DNA from: Octopus vulgaris
Lineage: Eukaryota
Reading direction: 5' to 3'
Assembly (NCBI GenBank): GCA_951406725.2
Contig: OX597815.1
Coordinates: 29,202,001-29,266,000, forward strand
DNA length: 64,000 bases
A model generated the notes under the pieces. It did not search any database, was not told the origin of the DNA, and was given only the letters and a program-made list of their open reading frames with translations. Shown here piece after piece: positions 63,801-64,000 of the stretch. Made by a program: the position numbers and the translations under genes. Each line of letters opens with the position of its first letter. Position 1 is the stretch's first letter.

Positions 63801-64000
63801 TTATCAAAATTCTGCCACAAAATTTGAATGCAAAACTCTGTATAAGAAAAATAAAATAAAATGAATTATTTAGCAATATCAAAACTTCTGCCCAGGTGTG
63901 AGTATTAATTTACTAATTCTTTCATCAGCATTGATCATTTAAACCAATATATTTTACAAAGCCAATCAGAAATGTTTTAGCAGAAAGTATTAATACCTTT

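Overview
AT-rich, repeat-dense eukaryotic DNA, most likely from an octopus or other coleoid cephalopod. That is inferred from the tRNA-derived SINE families, RTE LINEs with (GAT)n tails and long (TA)n tracts; it was not checked by search. Only one host coding sequence is recognisable: the first coding exon of RNASEH2A (minus, 41663-41789), with E2F-type motifs upstream. I could not find its later exons in the 41.6 kb downstream. The rest is mostly transposon debris: two mariners, a maT/DD37D fragment, a Helitron RepHel fragment and non-autonomous Helitrons, a decayed CR1 LINE, RTE LINEs, three SINE families, piggyBac- and Tc2-type MITEs, and Merlin-like MITEs with 8-bp TSDs. Points worth follow-up: (1) a PHD-type finger inside the RTE ORF2; (2) minimal hammerhead ribozyme motifs in (TA)n-flanked Penelope-like remnants; (3) a shared TTAGGG/G-quadruplex module in Merlin-like MITEs; (4) a 1.1-kb inverted repeat upstream of RNASEH2A; (5) an 81-nt pre-miRNA-like hairpin; (6) template-switch palindromes; (7) alternating CpG-rich and CpG-poor domains. 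Most ORF-track entries are microsatellite or repeat artefacts. Everything was read by eye, so ends of degenerate repeats are approximate.
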